This document shows, piece after piece, positions 50,401-62,400 of a DNA stretch of 64,000 bases. This DNA is from Dehalococcoidia bacterium. GTDB taxonomy: Bacteria > Chloroflexota > Dehalococcoidia > Lucifugimonadales > JAGWBF01. The position numbers and the translations under genes were made by a program. The notes beneath the pieces were generated by a model. The model saw only the letters and a program-made list of their open reading frames with translations. It made no database searches and had not been told where the DNA came from. The DNA lies in the NCBI GenBank assembly GCA_965261965.1, contig OZ253489.1, positions 2,665,931-2,729,930 on the forward strand, written 5' to 3'. Position 1 is the stretch's first letter; every line of letters begins with the position of its first letter.

Positions 50401-53400
50401 CGCCACCCCGGCGACGCTCACGTTGTCGAACTCGTCGGCGCTGCTGGCGGCCACCACCGCGTGGGTGGTGGAGGCCGCGTCGTTCACCGCGTCGGCGTCC
50501 TGGGCGGCCCGCACCGTCACCGTCTGGGCCGTGTCCCAGTTGGACGGGCTGAAGGTCAGGGTGGCCGGCGACACCGTCACGTCGCTGCTGCCGCTCCTGG
50601 TTACGCCGATCACCACGTTGGAGGCGGGCTGGGCGTCCAGGACCACCGTGTAGGTGGAACTGTTGCCCTCAGCAACCGTCAGCGTGGTTTCGGACACGCT
50701 CACCCCGGCGTCGTCGTCGGCCACCGTGACCGCCACCCCGGCGACGCTCACGTTGTCGAACTCGTCGGCGCTGCTGGCGGCCACCACCGCGTGGGTGGTG
50801 GAGGCCGCGTCGTTCACCGCGTCGGCGTCCTGGGCGGCCCGCACCGTCACCGTCTGCGCCGTGTCCCAGTTGGACGGGCTGAAGGTCAGGGTGGCCGGCG
50901 ACACCGTCACGTCGCTGCTGCCGCTCCTGGTTACGCCGATCACCACGTTGGAGGCGGGCTGGGCGTCCAGGACCACCGTGTAGGTGGAACTGTTGCCCTC
51001 AGCAACCGTCAGCGTGGTTTCGGACACGCTCACCCCGGCGGTATCGTCGTCGGCCACCGTGACCGCCACCCCGGCGACGCTCACGGCGTCGTACTCGTCG
51101 GCGCTCCGGGAGGCGTCGACGGCGTGGGTGATGGAGGCCGCGTCGTTCACCGCGTCGGCGTCCTGGGCGGCCCGCACCGTCACCGTCTGCGCCGTGTCCC
51201 AGTTGGACGGGCTGAAGGTCAGGGTGGCCGGCGACACCGTCACGTCGCTGCTGCCGCTCCTGGTTACGCCGATCACCACGTTGGAGGCGGGCTGGGCGTC
51301 CAGGACCACCGTGTAGGTGGAACTGTTGCCCTCAGCAACCGTCAGCGTGGTTTCGGACACGCTCACCCCGGCGTCGTCGTCGGCCACCGTGACCGCCACC
51401 CCGGCGACGCTCACGTTGTCGAACTCGTCGGCGCTGCTGGCGGCCACCACCGCGTGGGTGGTGGAGGCCGCGTCGTTCACCGCGTCGGCGTCCTGGGCGG
51501 CCCGCACCGTCACCGTCTGGGCCGTGTCCCAGTTGGACGGGCTGAAGGTCAGGGTGGCCGGCGACACCGTCACGTCGCTGCTGCCGCTCCTGGTTACGCC
51601 GATCACCACGTTGGAGGCGGGCTGGGCGTCCAGGACCACCGTGTAGGTGGAACTGTTGCCCTCAGCAACCGTCAGCGTGGTTTCGGACACGCTCACCCCG
51701 GCGTCGTCGTCGGCCACCGTGACCGCCACCCCGGCGACGCTCACGGCGTCGTACTCGTCGGCGCTCCGGGAGGCGTCGACGGCGTGGGTGATGGAGGCCG
51801 CGTCGTTCACCGCGTCGGCGTCCTGGGCGGCCCGCACCGTCACCGTCTGCGCCGTGTCCCAGTTGGACGGGCTGAAGGTCAGCGTGGCCCGGTCCACCGT
51901 CACGTCGGGGCTGCCGCTGATGGTTACGCCGATCACCACGTTGGAGGCGGGCTGGGCGTCCAGGACCACCGTGTAGGTGGAACTGTTGCCCTCAGCAACC
52001 GTCAGCGTGGTTTCGGACACGCTCACCCCGGCGTCGTCGTCGGCCACCGTGACCGCCACCCCGGCGACGCTCACGGCGTCGTACTCGTCGGCGCTCCGGG
52101 AGGCGTCGACGGCGTGGGTGATGGAGGCCGCGTCGTTCACCGCGTCGGCGTCCTGGGCGGCCCGCACCGTCACCGTCTGCGCCGTGTCCCAGTTGGACGG
52201 GCTGAAGGTCAGCGTGGCCCGGTCCACCGTCACGTCGCTGCTGCCGCTCCTGGTTACGCCGATCACCACGTTGGAGGCGGGCTGGGCGTCCAGGACCACC
52301 GTGTAGGTGGAACTGTTGCCCTCAGCAACCGTCAGCGTGGTTTCGGACACGCTCACCCCGGCGGTATCGTCGTCGGCCACCGTGACCGCCACCCCGGCGA
52401 CGCTCACGTTGTCGAACTCGTCGGCGCTCCGGGAGGCGTCGACGGCGTGGGTGATGGAGGCCGCGTCGTTCACCGCGTCGGCGTCCTGGGCGGCCCGCAC
52501 CGTCACCGTCTGCGCCGTGTCCCAGTTGGACGGGCTGAAGGTCAGGGTGGCCGGCGACACCGTCACGTCGCTGCTGCCGCTCCTGGTTACGCCGATCACC
52601 ACGTTGGAGGCGGGCTGGGCGTCCAGGACCACCGTGTAGGTGGAACTGTTGCCCTCAGCAACCGTCAGCGTGGTTTCGGACACGCTCACCCCGGCGGTAT
52701 CGTCGTCGGCCACCGTGACCGCCACCCCGGCGACGCTCACGGCGTCGTACTCGTCGGCGCTCCGGGAGGCGTCGACGGCGTGGGTGATGGAGGCCGCGTC
52801 GTTCACCGCGTCGGCGTCCTGGGCGGCGGACACCGTCACCGTCTGCGCCGTGTCCCAGTTGGACGGGCTGAAGGTCAGGGTGGCCGGCGACACCGTCACG
52901 TCGCTGCTGCCGCTCCTGGTTACGCCGATCACCACGTTGGAGGCGGGCTGGGCGTCCAGGACCACCGTGTAGGTGGAACTGTTGCCCTCAGCAACCGTCA
53001 GCGTGGTTTCGGACACGCTCACCCCGGCGTCGTCGTCGGCCACCGTGACCGCCACCCCGGCGACGCTCACGGCGTCGTACTCGTCGGCGCTCCGGGAGGC
53101 GTCGACGGCGTGGGTGATGGAGGCCGCGTCGTTCACCGCGTCGGCGTCCTGGGCGGCCCGCACCGTCACCGTCTGCGCCGTGTCCCAGTTGGACGGGCTG
53201 AAGGTCAGGGTGGCCGGCGACACCGTCACGTCGGGGCTGCCGCTGATGGTTACGCCGATCACCACGTTGGAGGCGGGCTGGGCGTCCAGGACCACCGTGT
53301 AGGTGGAACTGTTGCCCTCAGCAACCGTCAGCGTGGTTTCGGACACGCTCACCCCGGCGTCGTCGTCGGCCACCGTGACCGCCACCCCGGCGACGCTCAC

Positions 53401-56400
53401 GTTGTCGAACTCGTCGGCGCTGCTGGCGGCCACCACCGCGTGGGTGGTGGAGGCCGCGTCGTTCACCGCGTCGGCGTCCTGGGCGGCCCGCACCGTCACC
53501 GTCTGCGCCGTGTCCCAGTTGGACGGGCTGAAGGTCAGGGTGGCCGGCGACACCGTCACGTCGCTGCTGCCGCTCCTGGTTACGCCGATCACCACGTTGG
53601 AGGCGGGCTGGGCGTCCAGGACCACCGTGTAGGTGGAACTGTTGCCCTCAGCAACCGTCAGCGTGGTTTCGGACACGCTCACCCCGGCGTCGTCGTCGGC
53701 CACCGTGACCGCCACCCCGGCGACGCTCACGTTGTCGAACTCGTCGGCGCTCCGGGAGGCGTCGACGGCGTGGGTGATGGAGGCCGCGTCGTTCACCGCG
53801 TCGGCGTCCTGGGCGGCCCGCACCGTCACCGTCTGCGCCGTGTCCCAGTTGGACGGGCTGAAGGTCAGGGTGGCCGGCGACACCGTCACGTCGCTGCTGC
53901 CGCTGATGGTTACGCCGATCACCACGTTGGAGGCGGGCTGGGCGTCCAGGACCACCGTGTAGGTGGAACTGTTGCCCTCAGCAACCGTCAGCGTGGTTTC
54001 GGACACGCTCACCCCGGCGTCGTCGTCGGCCACCGTGACCGCCACCCCGGCGACGCTCACGGCGTCGTACTCGTCGGCGCTCCGGGAGGCGTCGACGGCG
54101 TGGGTGATGGAGGCCGCGTCGTTCACCGCGTCGGCGTCCTGGGCGGCCCGCACCGTCACCGTCTGGGCCGTGTCCCAGTTGGACGGGCTGAAGGTCAGGG
54201 TGGCCGGCGACACCGTCACGTCGCTGCTGCCGCTCCTGGTTACGCCGATCACCACGTTGGAGGCGGGCTGGGCGTCCAGGACCACCGTGTAGGTGGAACT
54301 GTTGCCCTCAGCAACCGTCAGCGTGGTTTCGGACACGCTCACCCCGGCGGTATCGTCGTCGGCCACCGTGACCGCCACCCCGGCGACGCTCACGGCGTCG
54401 TACTCGTCGGCGCTCCGGGAGGCGTCGACGGCGTGGGTGATGGAGGCCGCGTCGTTCACCGCGTCGGCGTCCTGGGCGGCCCGCACCGTCACCGTCTGCG
54501 CCGTGTCCCAGTTGGACGGGCTGAAGGTCAGGGTGGCCGGCGACACCGTCACGTCGCTGCTGCCGCTCCTGGTTACGCCGATCACCACGTTGGAGGCGGG
54601 CTGGGCGTCCAGGACCACCGTGTAGGTGGAACTGTTGCCCTCAGCAACCGTCAGCGTGGTTTCGGACACGCTCACCCCGGCGTCGTCGTCGGCCACCGTG
54701 ACCGCCACCCCGGCGACGCTCACGGCGTCGTACTCGTCGGCGCTCCGGGAGGCGTCGACGGCGTGGGTGATGGACGCCGCGTCGTTCACCGCATCGGCGT
54801 CCTGGGCGGCCCGCACCGTCACCGTCTGCGCCGTGTCCCAGTTGGACGGGCTGAAGGTCAGGGTGGCCGGCGACACCGTCACGTCGGGGCTGCCGCTGAT
54901 GGTTACGCCGATCACCACGTTGGAGGCGGGCTGGGCGTCCAGGACCACCGTGTAGGTGGAACTGTTGCCCTCAGCAACCGTCAGCGTGGTTTCGGACACG
55001 CTCACCCCGGCGTCGTCGTCGGCCACCGTGACCGCCACCCCGGCGACGCTCACGGCGTCGTACTCGTCGGCGCTCCGGGAGGCGTCGACGGCGTGGGTGA
55101 TGGAGGCCGCGTCGTTCACCGCGTCGGCGTCCTGGGCGGCCCGCACCGTCACCGTCTGCGCCGTGTCCCAGTTGGACGGGCTGAAGGTCAGCGTGGCCCG
55201 GTCCACCGTCACGTCGCTGCTGCCGCTCCTGGTTACGCCGATCACCACGTTGGAGGCGGGCTGGGCGTCCAGGACCACCGTGTAGGTGGAACTGTTGCCC
55301 TCAGCAACCGTCAGCGTGGTTTCGGACACGCTCACCCCGGCGTCGTCGTCGGCCACCGTGACCGCCACCCCGGCGACGCTCACGGCGTCGTACTCGTCGG
55401 CGCTGCTGGCGGCCACCACCGCGTGGGTGGTGGAGGCCGCGTCGTTCACCGCGTCGGCGTCCTGGGCGGCCCGCACCGTCACCGTCTGCGCCGTGTCCCA
55501 GTTGGACGAGGTGAAGGTCAGAGTGGTCTGGTTGCCGGACGTCGCGGCGTCGGTGTCCGCCGTCACGTCCGAATTGTCGCTGCTCACCGTGATCACCACG
55601 TTGGAGGCGGGCTGGGCGTCCAGGACCACCGTGTAGGTGGAACTGTTGCCCTCAGCAACCGTCAGCGTGGTTTCGGACACGCTCACCCCGGCGTCGTCGT
55701 CGGCCACCGTGACCGCCACCCCGGCGACGCTCACGTTGTCGAACTCGTCGGCGCTGCTGGCGGCCACCACCGCGTGGGTGGTGGAGGCCGCGTCGTTCAC
55801 CGCGTCGGCGTCCTGGGCGGCCCGCACCGTCACCGTCTGGGCCGTGTCCCAGTTGGACGGGCTGAAGGTCAGGGTGGCCGGCGACACCGTCACGTCGCTG
55901 CTGCCGCTCCTGGTTACGCCGATCACCACGTTGGAGGCGGGCTGGGCGTCCAGGACCACCGTGTAGGTGGAACTGTTGCCCTCAGCAACCGTCAGCGTGG
56001 TTTCGGACACGCTCACCCCGGCGTCGTCGTCGGCCACCGTGACCGCCACCCCGGCGACGCTCACGTTGTCGTACTCGTCGGCGCTGCTGGCGGCCACCAC
56101 CGCGTGGGTGATGGAGGCCGCGTCGTTCACCGCGTCGGCGTCCTGGGCGGCCCGCACCGTCACCGTCTGCGCCGTGTCCCAGTTGGACGGGCTGAAGGTC
56201 AGGGTGGCCGGCGACACCGTCACGTCGCTGCTGCCGCTCCTGGTTACGCCGATCACCACGTTGGAGGCGGGCTGGGCGTCCAGGACCACCGTGTAGGTGG
56301 AACTGTTGCCCTCAGCAACCGTCAGCGTGGTTTCGGACACGCTCACCCCGGCGTCGTCGTCGGCCACCGTGACCGCCACCCCGGCGACGCTCACGGCGTC

Positions 56401-59400
56401 GTACTCGTCGGCGCTCCGGGAGGCGTCGACGGCGTGGGTGATGGAGGCCGCGTCGTTCACCGCGTCGGCGTCCTGGGCGGCGGACACCGTCACCGTCTGG
56501 GCCGTGTCCCAGTTGGACGGGCTGAAGGTCAGGGTGGCCGGCGACACCGTCACGTCGCTGCTGCCGCTCCTGGTTACGCCGATCACCACGTTGGAGGCGG
56601 GCTGGGCGTCCAGGACCACCGTGTAGGTGGAACTGTTGCCCTCAGCAACCGTCAGCGTGGTTTCGGACACGCTCACCCCGGCGGCGTCGTCGTCGGCCAC
56701 CGTGACCGCCACCCCGGCGACGCTCACGTTGTCGAACTCGTCGGCGCTGCTGGCGGCCACCACCGCGTGGGTGGTGGAGGCCGCGTCGTTCACCGCGTCG
56801 GCGTCCTGGGCGGCCCGCACCGTCACCGTCTGGGCCGTGTCCCAGTTGGACGGGCTGAAGGTCAGGGTGGCCGGCGACACCGTCACGTCGCTGCTGCCGC
56901 TCCTGGTTACGCCGATCACCACGTTGGAGGCGGGCTGGGCGTCCAGGACCACCGTGTAGGTGGAACTGTTGCCCTCAGCAACCGTCAGCGTGGTTTCGGA
57001 CACGCTCACCCCGGCGTCGTCGTCGGCCACCGTGACCGCCACCCCGGCGACGCTCACGGCGTCGTACTCGTCGGCGCTCCGGGAGGCGTCGACGGCGTGG
57101 GTGATGGAGGCCGCGTCGTTCACCGCGTCGGCGTCCTGGGCGGCCCGCACCGTCACCGTCTGCGCCGTGTCCCAGTTGGACGGGCTGAAGGTCAGCGTGG
57201 CCCGGTCCACCGTCACGTCGGGGCTGCCGCTGATGGTTACGCCGATCACCACGTTGGAGGCGGGCTGGGCGTCCAGGACCACCGTGTAGGTGGAACTGTT
57301 GCCCTCAGCAACCGTCAGCGTGGTTTCGGACACGCTCACCCCGGCGGTATCGTCGTCGGCCACCGTGACCGCCACCCCGGCGACGCTCACGTTGTCGAAC
57401 TCGTCGGCGCTCCGGGAGGCGTCGACGGCGTGGGTGATGGAGGCCGCGTCGTTCACCGCGTCGGCGTCCTGGGCGGCCCGCACCGTCACCGTCTGCGCCG
57501 TGTCCCAGTTGGACGAGGTGAAGGTCAGAGTGGTCTGGTTGCCGGACGTCGCGGCGTCGGTGTCCGCCGTCACGTCCGAATTGTCGCTGCTCACCGTGAT
57601 CACCACGTTGGAGGCGGGCTGGGCGTCCAGGACCACCGTGTAGGTGGAACTGTTGCCCTCAGCAACCGTCAGCGTGGTTTCGGACACGCTCACCCCGGCG
57701 TCGTCGTCGGCCACCGTGACCGCCACCCCGGCGACGCTCACGTTGTCGAACTCGTCGGCGCTGCTGGCGGCCACCACCGCGTGGGTGGTGGAGGCCGCGT
57801 CGTTCACCGCGTCGGCGTCCTGGGCGGCCCGCACCGTCACCGTCTGGGCCGTGTCCCAGTTGGACGGGCTGAAGGTCAGGGTGGCCGGCGACACCGTCAC
57901 GTCGCTGCTGCCGCTCCTGGTTACGCCGATCACCACGTTGGAGGCGGGCTGGGCGTCCAGGACCACCGTGTAGGTGGAACTGTTGCCCTCAGCAACCGTC
58001 AGCGTGGTTTCGGACACGCTCACCCCGGCGTCGTCGTCGGCCACCGTGACCGCCACCCCGGCGACGCTCACGTTGTCGTACTCGTCGGCGCTGCTGGCGG
58101 CCACCACCGCGTGGGTGATGGAGGCCGCGTCGTTCACCGCGTCGGCGTCCTGGGCGGCCCGCACCGTCACCGTCTGCGCCGTGTCCCAGTTGGACGGGCT
58201 GAAGGTCAGGGTGGCCGGCGACACCGTCACGTCGCTGCTGCCGCTCCTGGTTACGCCGATCACCACGTTGGAGGCGGGCTGGGCGTCCAGGACCACCGTG
58301 TAGGTGGAACTGTTGCCCTCAGCAACCGTCAGCGTGGTTTCGGACACGCTCACCCCGGCGTCGTCGTCGGCCACCGTGACCGCCACCCCGGCGACGCTCA
58401 CGGCGTCGTACTCGTCGGCGCTCCGGGAGGCGTCGACGGCGTGGGTGATGGACGCCGCGTCGTTCACCGCGTCGGCGTCCTGGGCGGCCCGCACCGTCAC
58501 CGTCTGCGCCGTGTCCCAGTTGGACGGGCTGAAGGTCAGGGTGGCCGGCGACACCGTCACGTCGGGGCTGCCGCTGATGGTTACGCCGATCACCACGTTG
58601 GAGGCGGGCTGGGCGTCCAGGACCACCGTGTAGGTGGAACTGTTGCCCTCAGCAACCGTCAGCGTGGTTTCGGACACGCTCACCCCGGCGTCGTCGTCGG
58701 CCACCGTGACCGCCACCCCGGCGACGCTCACGGCGTCGTACTCGTCGGCGCTCCGGGAGGCGTCGACGGCGTGGGTGATGGAGGCCGCGTCGTTCACCGC
58801 GTCGGCGTCCTGGGCGGCCCGCACCGTCACCGTCTGGGCCGTGTCCCAGTTGGACGGGCTGAAGGTCAGGGTGGCCGGCGACACCGTCACGTCGCTGCTG
58901 CCGCTCCTGGTTACGCCGATCACCACGTTGGAGGCGGGCTGGGCGTCCAGGACCACCGTGTAGGTGGAACTGTTGCCCTCAGCAACCGTCAGCGTGGTTT
59001 CGGACACGCTCACCCCGGCGTCGTCGTCGGCCACCGTGACCGCCACCCCGGCGACGCTCACGGCGTCGTACTCGTCGGCGCTGCTGGCGGCCACCACCGC
59101 GTGGGTGATGGAGGCCGCGTCGTTCACCGCGTCGGCGTCCTGGGCGGCCCGCACCGTCACCGTCTGCGCCGTGTCCCAGTTGGACGGGCTGAAGGTCAGG
59201 GTGGCCGGCGACACCGTCACGTCGCTGCTGCCGCTCCTGGTTACGCCGATCACCACGTTGGAGGCGGGCTGGGCGTCCAGGACCACCGTGTAGGTGGAAC
59301 TGTTGCCCTCAGCAACCGTCAGCGTGGTTTCGGACACGCTCACCCCGGCGTCGTCGTCGGCCACCGTGACCGCCACCCCGGCGACGCTCACGGCGTCGTA

Positions 59401-62400
59401 CTCGTCGGCGCTCCGGGAGGCGTCGACGGCGTGGGTGATGGACGCCGCGTCGTTCACCGCGTCGGCGTCCTGGGCGGCCCGCACCGTCACCGTCTGCGCC
59501 GTGTCCCAGTTGGACGGGCTGAAGGTCAGGGTGGCCGGCGACACCGTCACGTCGGGGCTGCCGCTGATGGTTACGCCGATCACCACGTTGGAGGCGGGCT
59601 GGGCGTCCAGGACCACCGTGTAGGTGGAACTGTTGCCCTCAGCAACCGTCAGCGTGGTTTCGGACACGCTCACCCCGGCGTCGTCGTCGGCCACCGTGAC
59701 CGCCACCCCGGCGACGCTCACGGCGTCGTACTCGTCGGCGCTCCGGGAGGCGTCGACGGCGTGGGTGATGGAGGCCGCGTCGTTCACCGCGTCGGCGTCC
59801 TGGGCGGCCCGCACCGTCACCGTCTGCGCCGTGTCCCAGTTGGACGGGCTGAAGGTCAGCGTGGCCCGGTCCACCGTCACGTCGCTGCTGCCGCTCCTGG
59901 TTACGCCGATCACCACGTTGGAGGCGGGCTGGGCGTCCAGGACCACCGTGTAGGTGGAACTGTTGCCCTCAGCAACCGTCAGCGTGGTTTCGGACACGCT
60001 CACCCCGGCGTCGTCGTCGGCCACCGTGACCGCCACCCCGGCGACGCTCACGGCGTCGTACTCGTCGGCGCTGCTGGCGGCCACCACCGCGTGGGTGGTG
60101 GAGGCCGCGTCGTTCACCGCGTCGGCGTCCTGGGCGGCCCGCACCGTCACCGTCTGCGCCGTGTCCCAGTTGGACGAGGTGAAGGTCAGAGTGGCCGGCG
60201 ACACCGTCACGTCGCTGCTGCCGCTCCTGGTTACGCCGATCACCACGTTGGAGGCGGGCTGGGCGTCCAGGACCACCGTGTAGGTGGAACTGTTGCCCTC
60301 AGCAACCGTCAGCGTGGTTTCGGACACGCTCACCCCGGCGTCGTCGTCGGCCACCGTGACCGCCACCCCGGCGACGCTCACGTTGTCGAACTCGTCGGCG
60401 CTGCTGGCGGCCACCACCGCGTGGGTGGTGGAGGCCGCGTCGTTCACCGCGTCGGCGTCCTGGGCGGCCCGCACCGTCACCGTCTGGGCCGTGTCCCAGT
60501 TGGACGGGCTGAAGGTCAGGGTGGCCGGCGACACCGTCACGTCGGGGCTGCCGCTGATGGTTACGCCGATCACCACGTTGGAGGCGGGCTGGGCGTCCAG
60601 GACCACCGTGTAGGTGGAACTGTTGCCCTCAGCAACCGTCAGCGTGGTTTCGGACACGCTCACCCCGGCGTCGTCGTCGGCCACCGTGACCGCCACCCCG
60701 GCGACGCTCACGGCGTCGTACTCGTCGGCGCTCCGGGAGGCGTCGACGGCGTGGGTGATGGAGGCCGCGTCGTTCACCGCGTCGGCGTCCTGGGCGGCCC
60801 GCACCGTCACCGTCTGCGCCGTGTCCCAGTTGGACGGGCTGAAGGTCAGCGTGGCCCGGTCCACCGTCACGTCGCTGCTGCCGCTCCTGGTTACGCCGAT
60901 CACCACGTTGGAGGCGGGCTGGGCGTCCAGGACCACCGTGTAGGTGGAACTGTTGCCCTCAGCAACCGTCAGCGTGGTTTCGGACACGCTCACCCCGGCG
61001 TCGTCGTCGGCCACCGTGACCGCCACCCCGGCGACGCTCACGGCGTCGTACTCGTCGGCGCTGCTGGCGGCCACCACCGCGTGGGTGGTGGAGGCCGCGT
61101 CGTTCACCGCGTCGGCGTCCTGGGCGGCCCGCACCGTCACCGTCTGCGCCGTGTCCCAGTTGGACGAGGTGAAGGTCAGAGTGGTCTGGTTGCCGGACGT
61201 CGCGGCGTCGGTGTCCGCCGTCACGTCCGAATTGTCGCTGCTCACCGTGATCACCACGTTGGAGGCGGGCTGGGCGTCCAGGACCACCGTGTAGGTGGAA
61301 CTGTTGCCCTCAGCAACCGTCAGCGTGGTTTCGGACACGCTCACCCCGGCGTCGTCGTCGGCCACCGTGACCGCCACCCCGGCGACGCTCACGTTGTCGA
61401 ACTCGTCGGCGCTGCTGGCGGCCACCACCGCGTGGGTGGTGGAGGCCGCGTCGTTCACCGCGTCGGCGTCCTGGGCGGCCCGCACCGTCACCGTCTGGGC
61501 CGTGTCCCAGTTGGACGAGGTGAAGGTCAGAGTGGTCTGGTTGCCGGACGTCGCGGCGTCGGTGTCCGCCGTCACGTCCGAATTGTCGCTGCTCACCGTG
61601 ATCACCACGTTGGAGGCGGGCTGGGCGTCCAGGACCACCGTGTAGGTGGAACTGTTGCCCTCAGCAACCGTCAGCGTGGTTTCGGACACGCTCACCCCGG
61701 CGGTATCGTCGTCGGCCACCGTGACCGCCACCCCGGCGACGCTCACGTTGTCGAACTCGTCGGCGCTGCTGGCGGCCACCACCGCGTGGGTGGTGGAGGC
61801 CGCGTCGTTCACCGCGTCGGCGTCCTGGGCGGCCCGCACCGTCACCGTCTGCGCCGTGTCCCAGTTGGACGGGCTGAAGGTCAGGGTGGCCGGCGACACC
61901 GTCACGTCGCTGCTGCCGCTCCTGGTTACGCCGATCACCACGTTGGAGGCGGGCTGGGCGTCCAGGACCACCGTGTAGGTGGAACTGTTGCCCTCAGCAA
62001 CCGTCAGCGTGGTTTCGGACACGCTCACCCCGGCGGTATCGTCGTCGGCCACCGTGACCGCCACCCCGGCGACGCTCACGGCGTCGTACTCGTCGGCGCT
62101 GCTGGCGGCCACCACCGCGTGGGTGGTGGAGGCCGCGTCGTTCACCGCGTCGGCGTCCTGGGCGGCCCGCACCGTCACCGTCTGCGCCGTGTCCCAGTTG
62201 GACGGGCTGAAGGTCAGGGTGGCCGGCGACACCGTCACGTCGCTGCTGCCGCTCCTGGTTACGCCGATCACCACGTTGGAGGCGGGCTGGGCGTCCAGGA
62301 CCACCGTGTAGGTGGAACTGTTGCCCTCAGCAACCGTCAGCGTGGTTTCGGACACGCTCACCCCGGCGTCGTCGTCGGCCACCGTGACCGCCACCCCGGC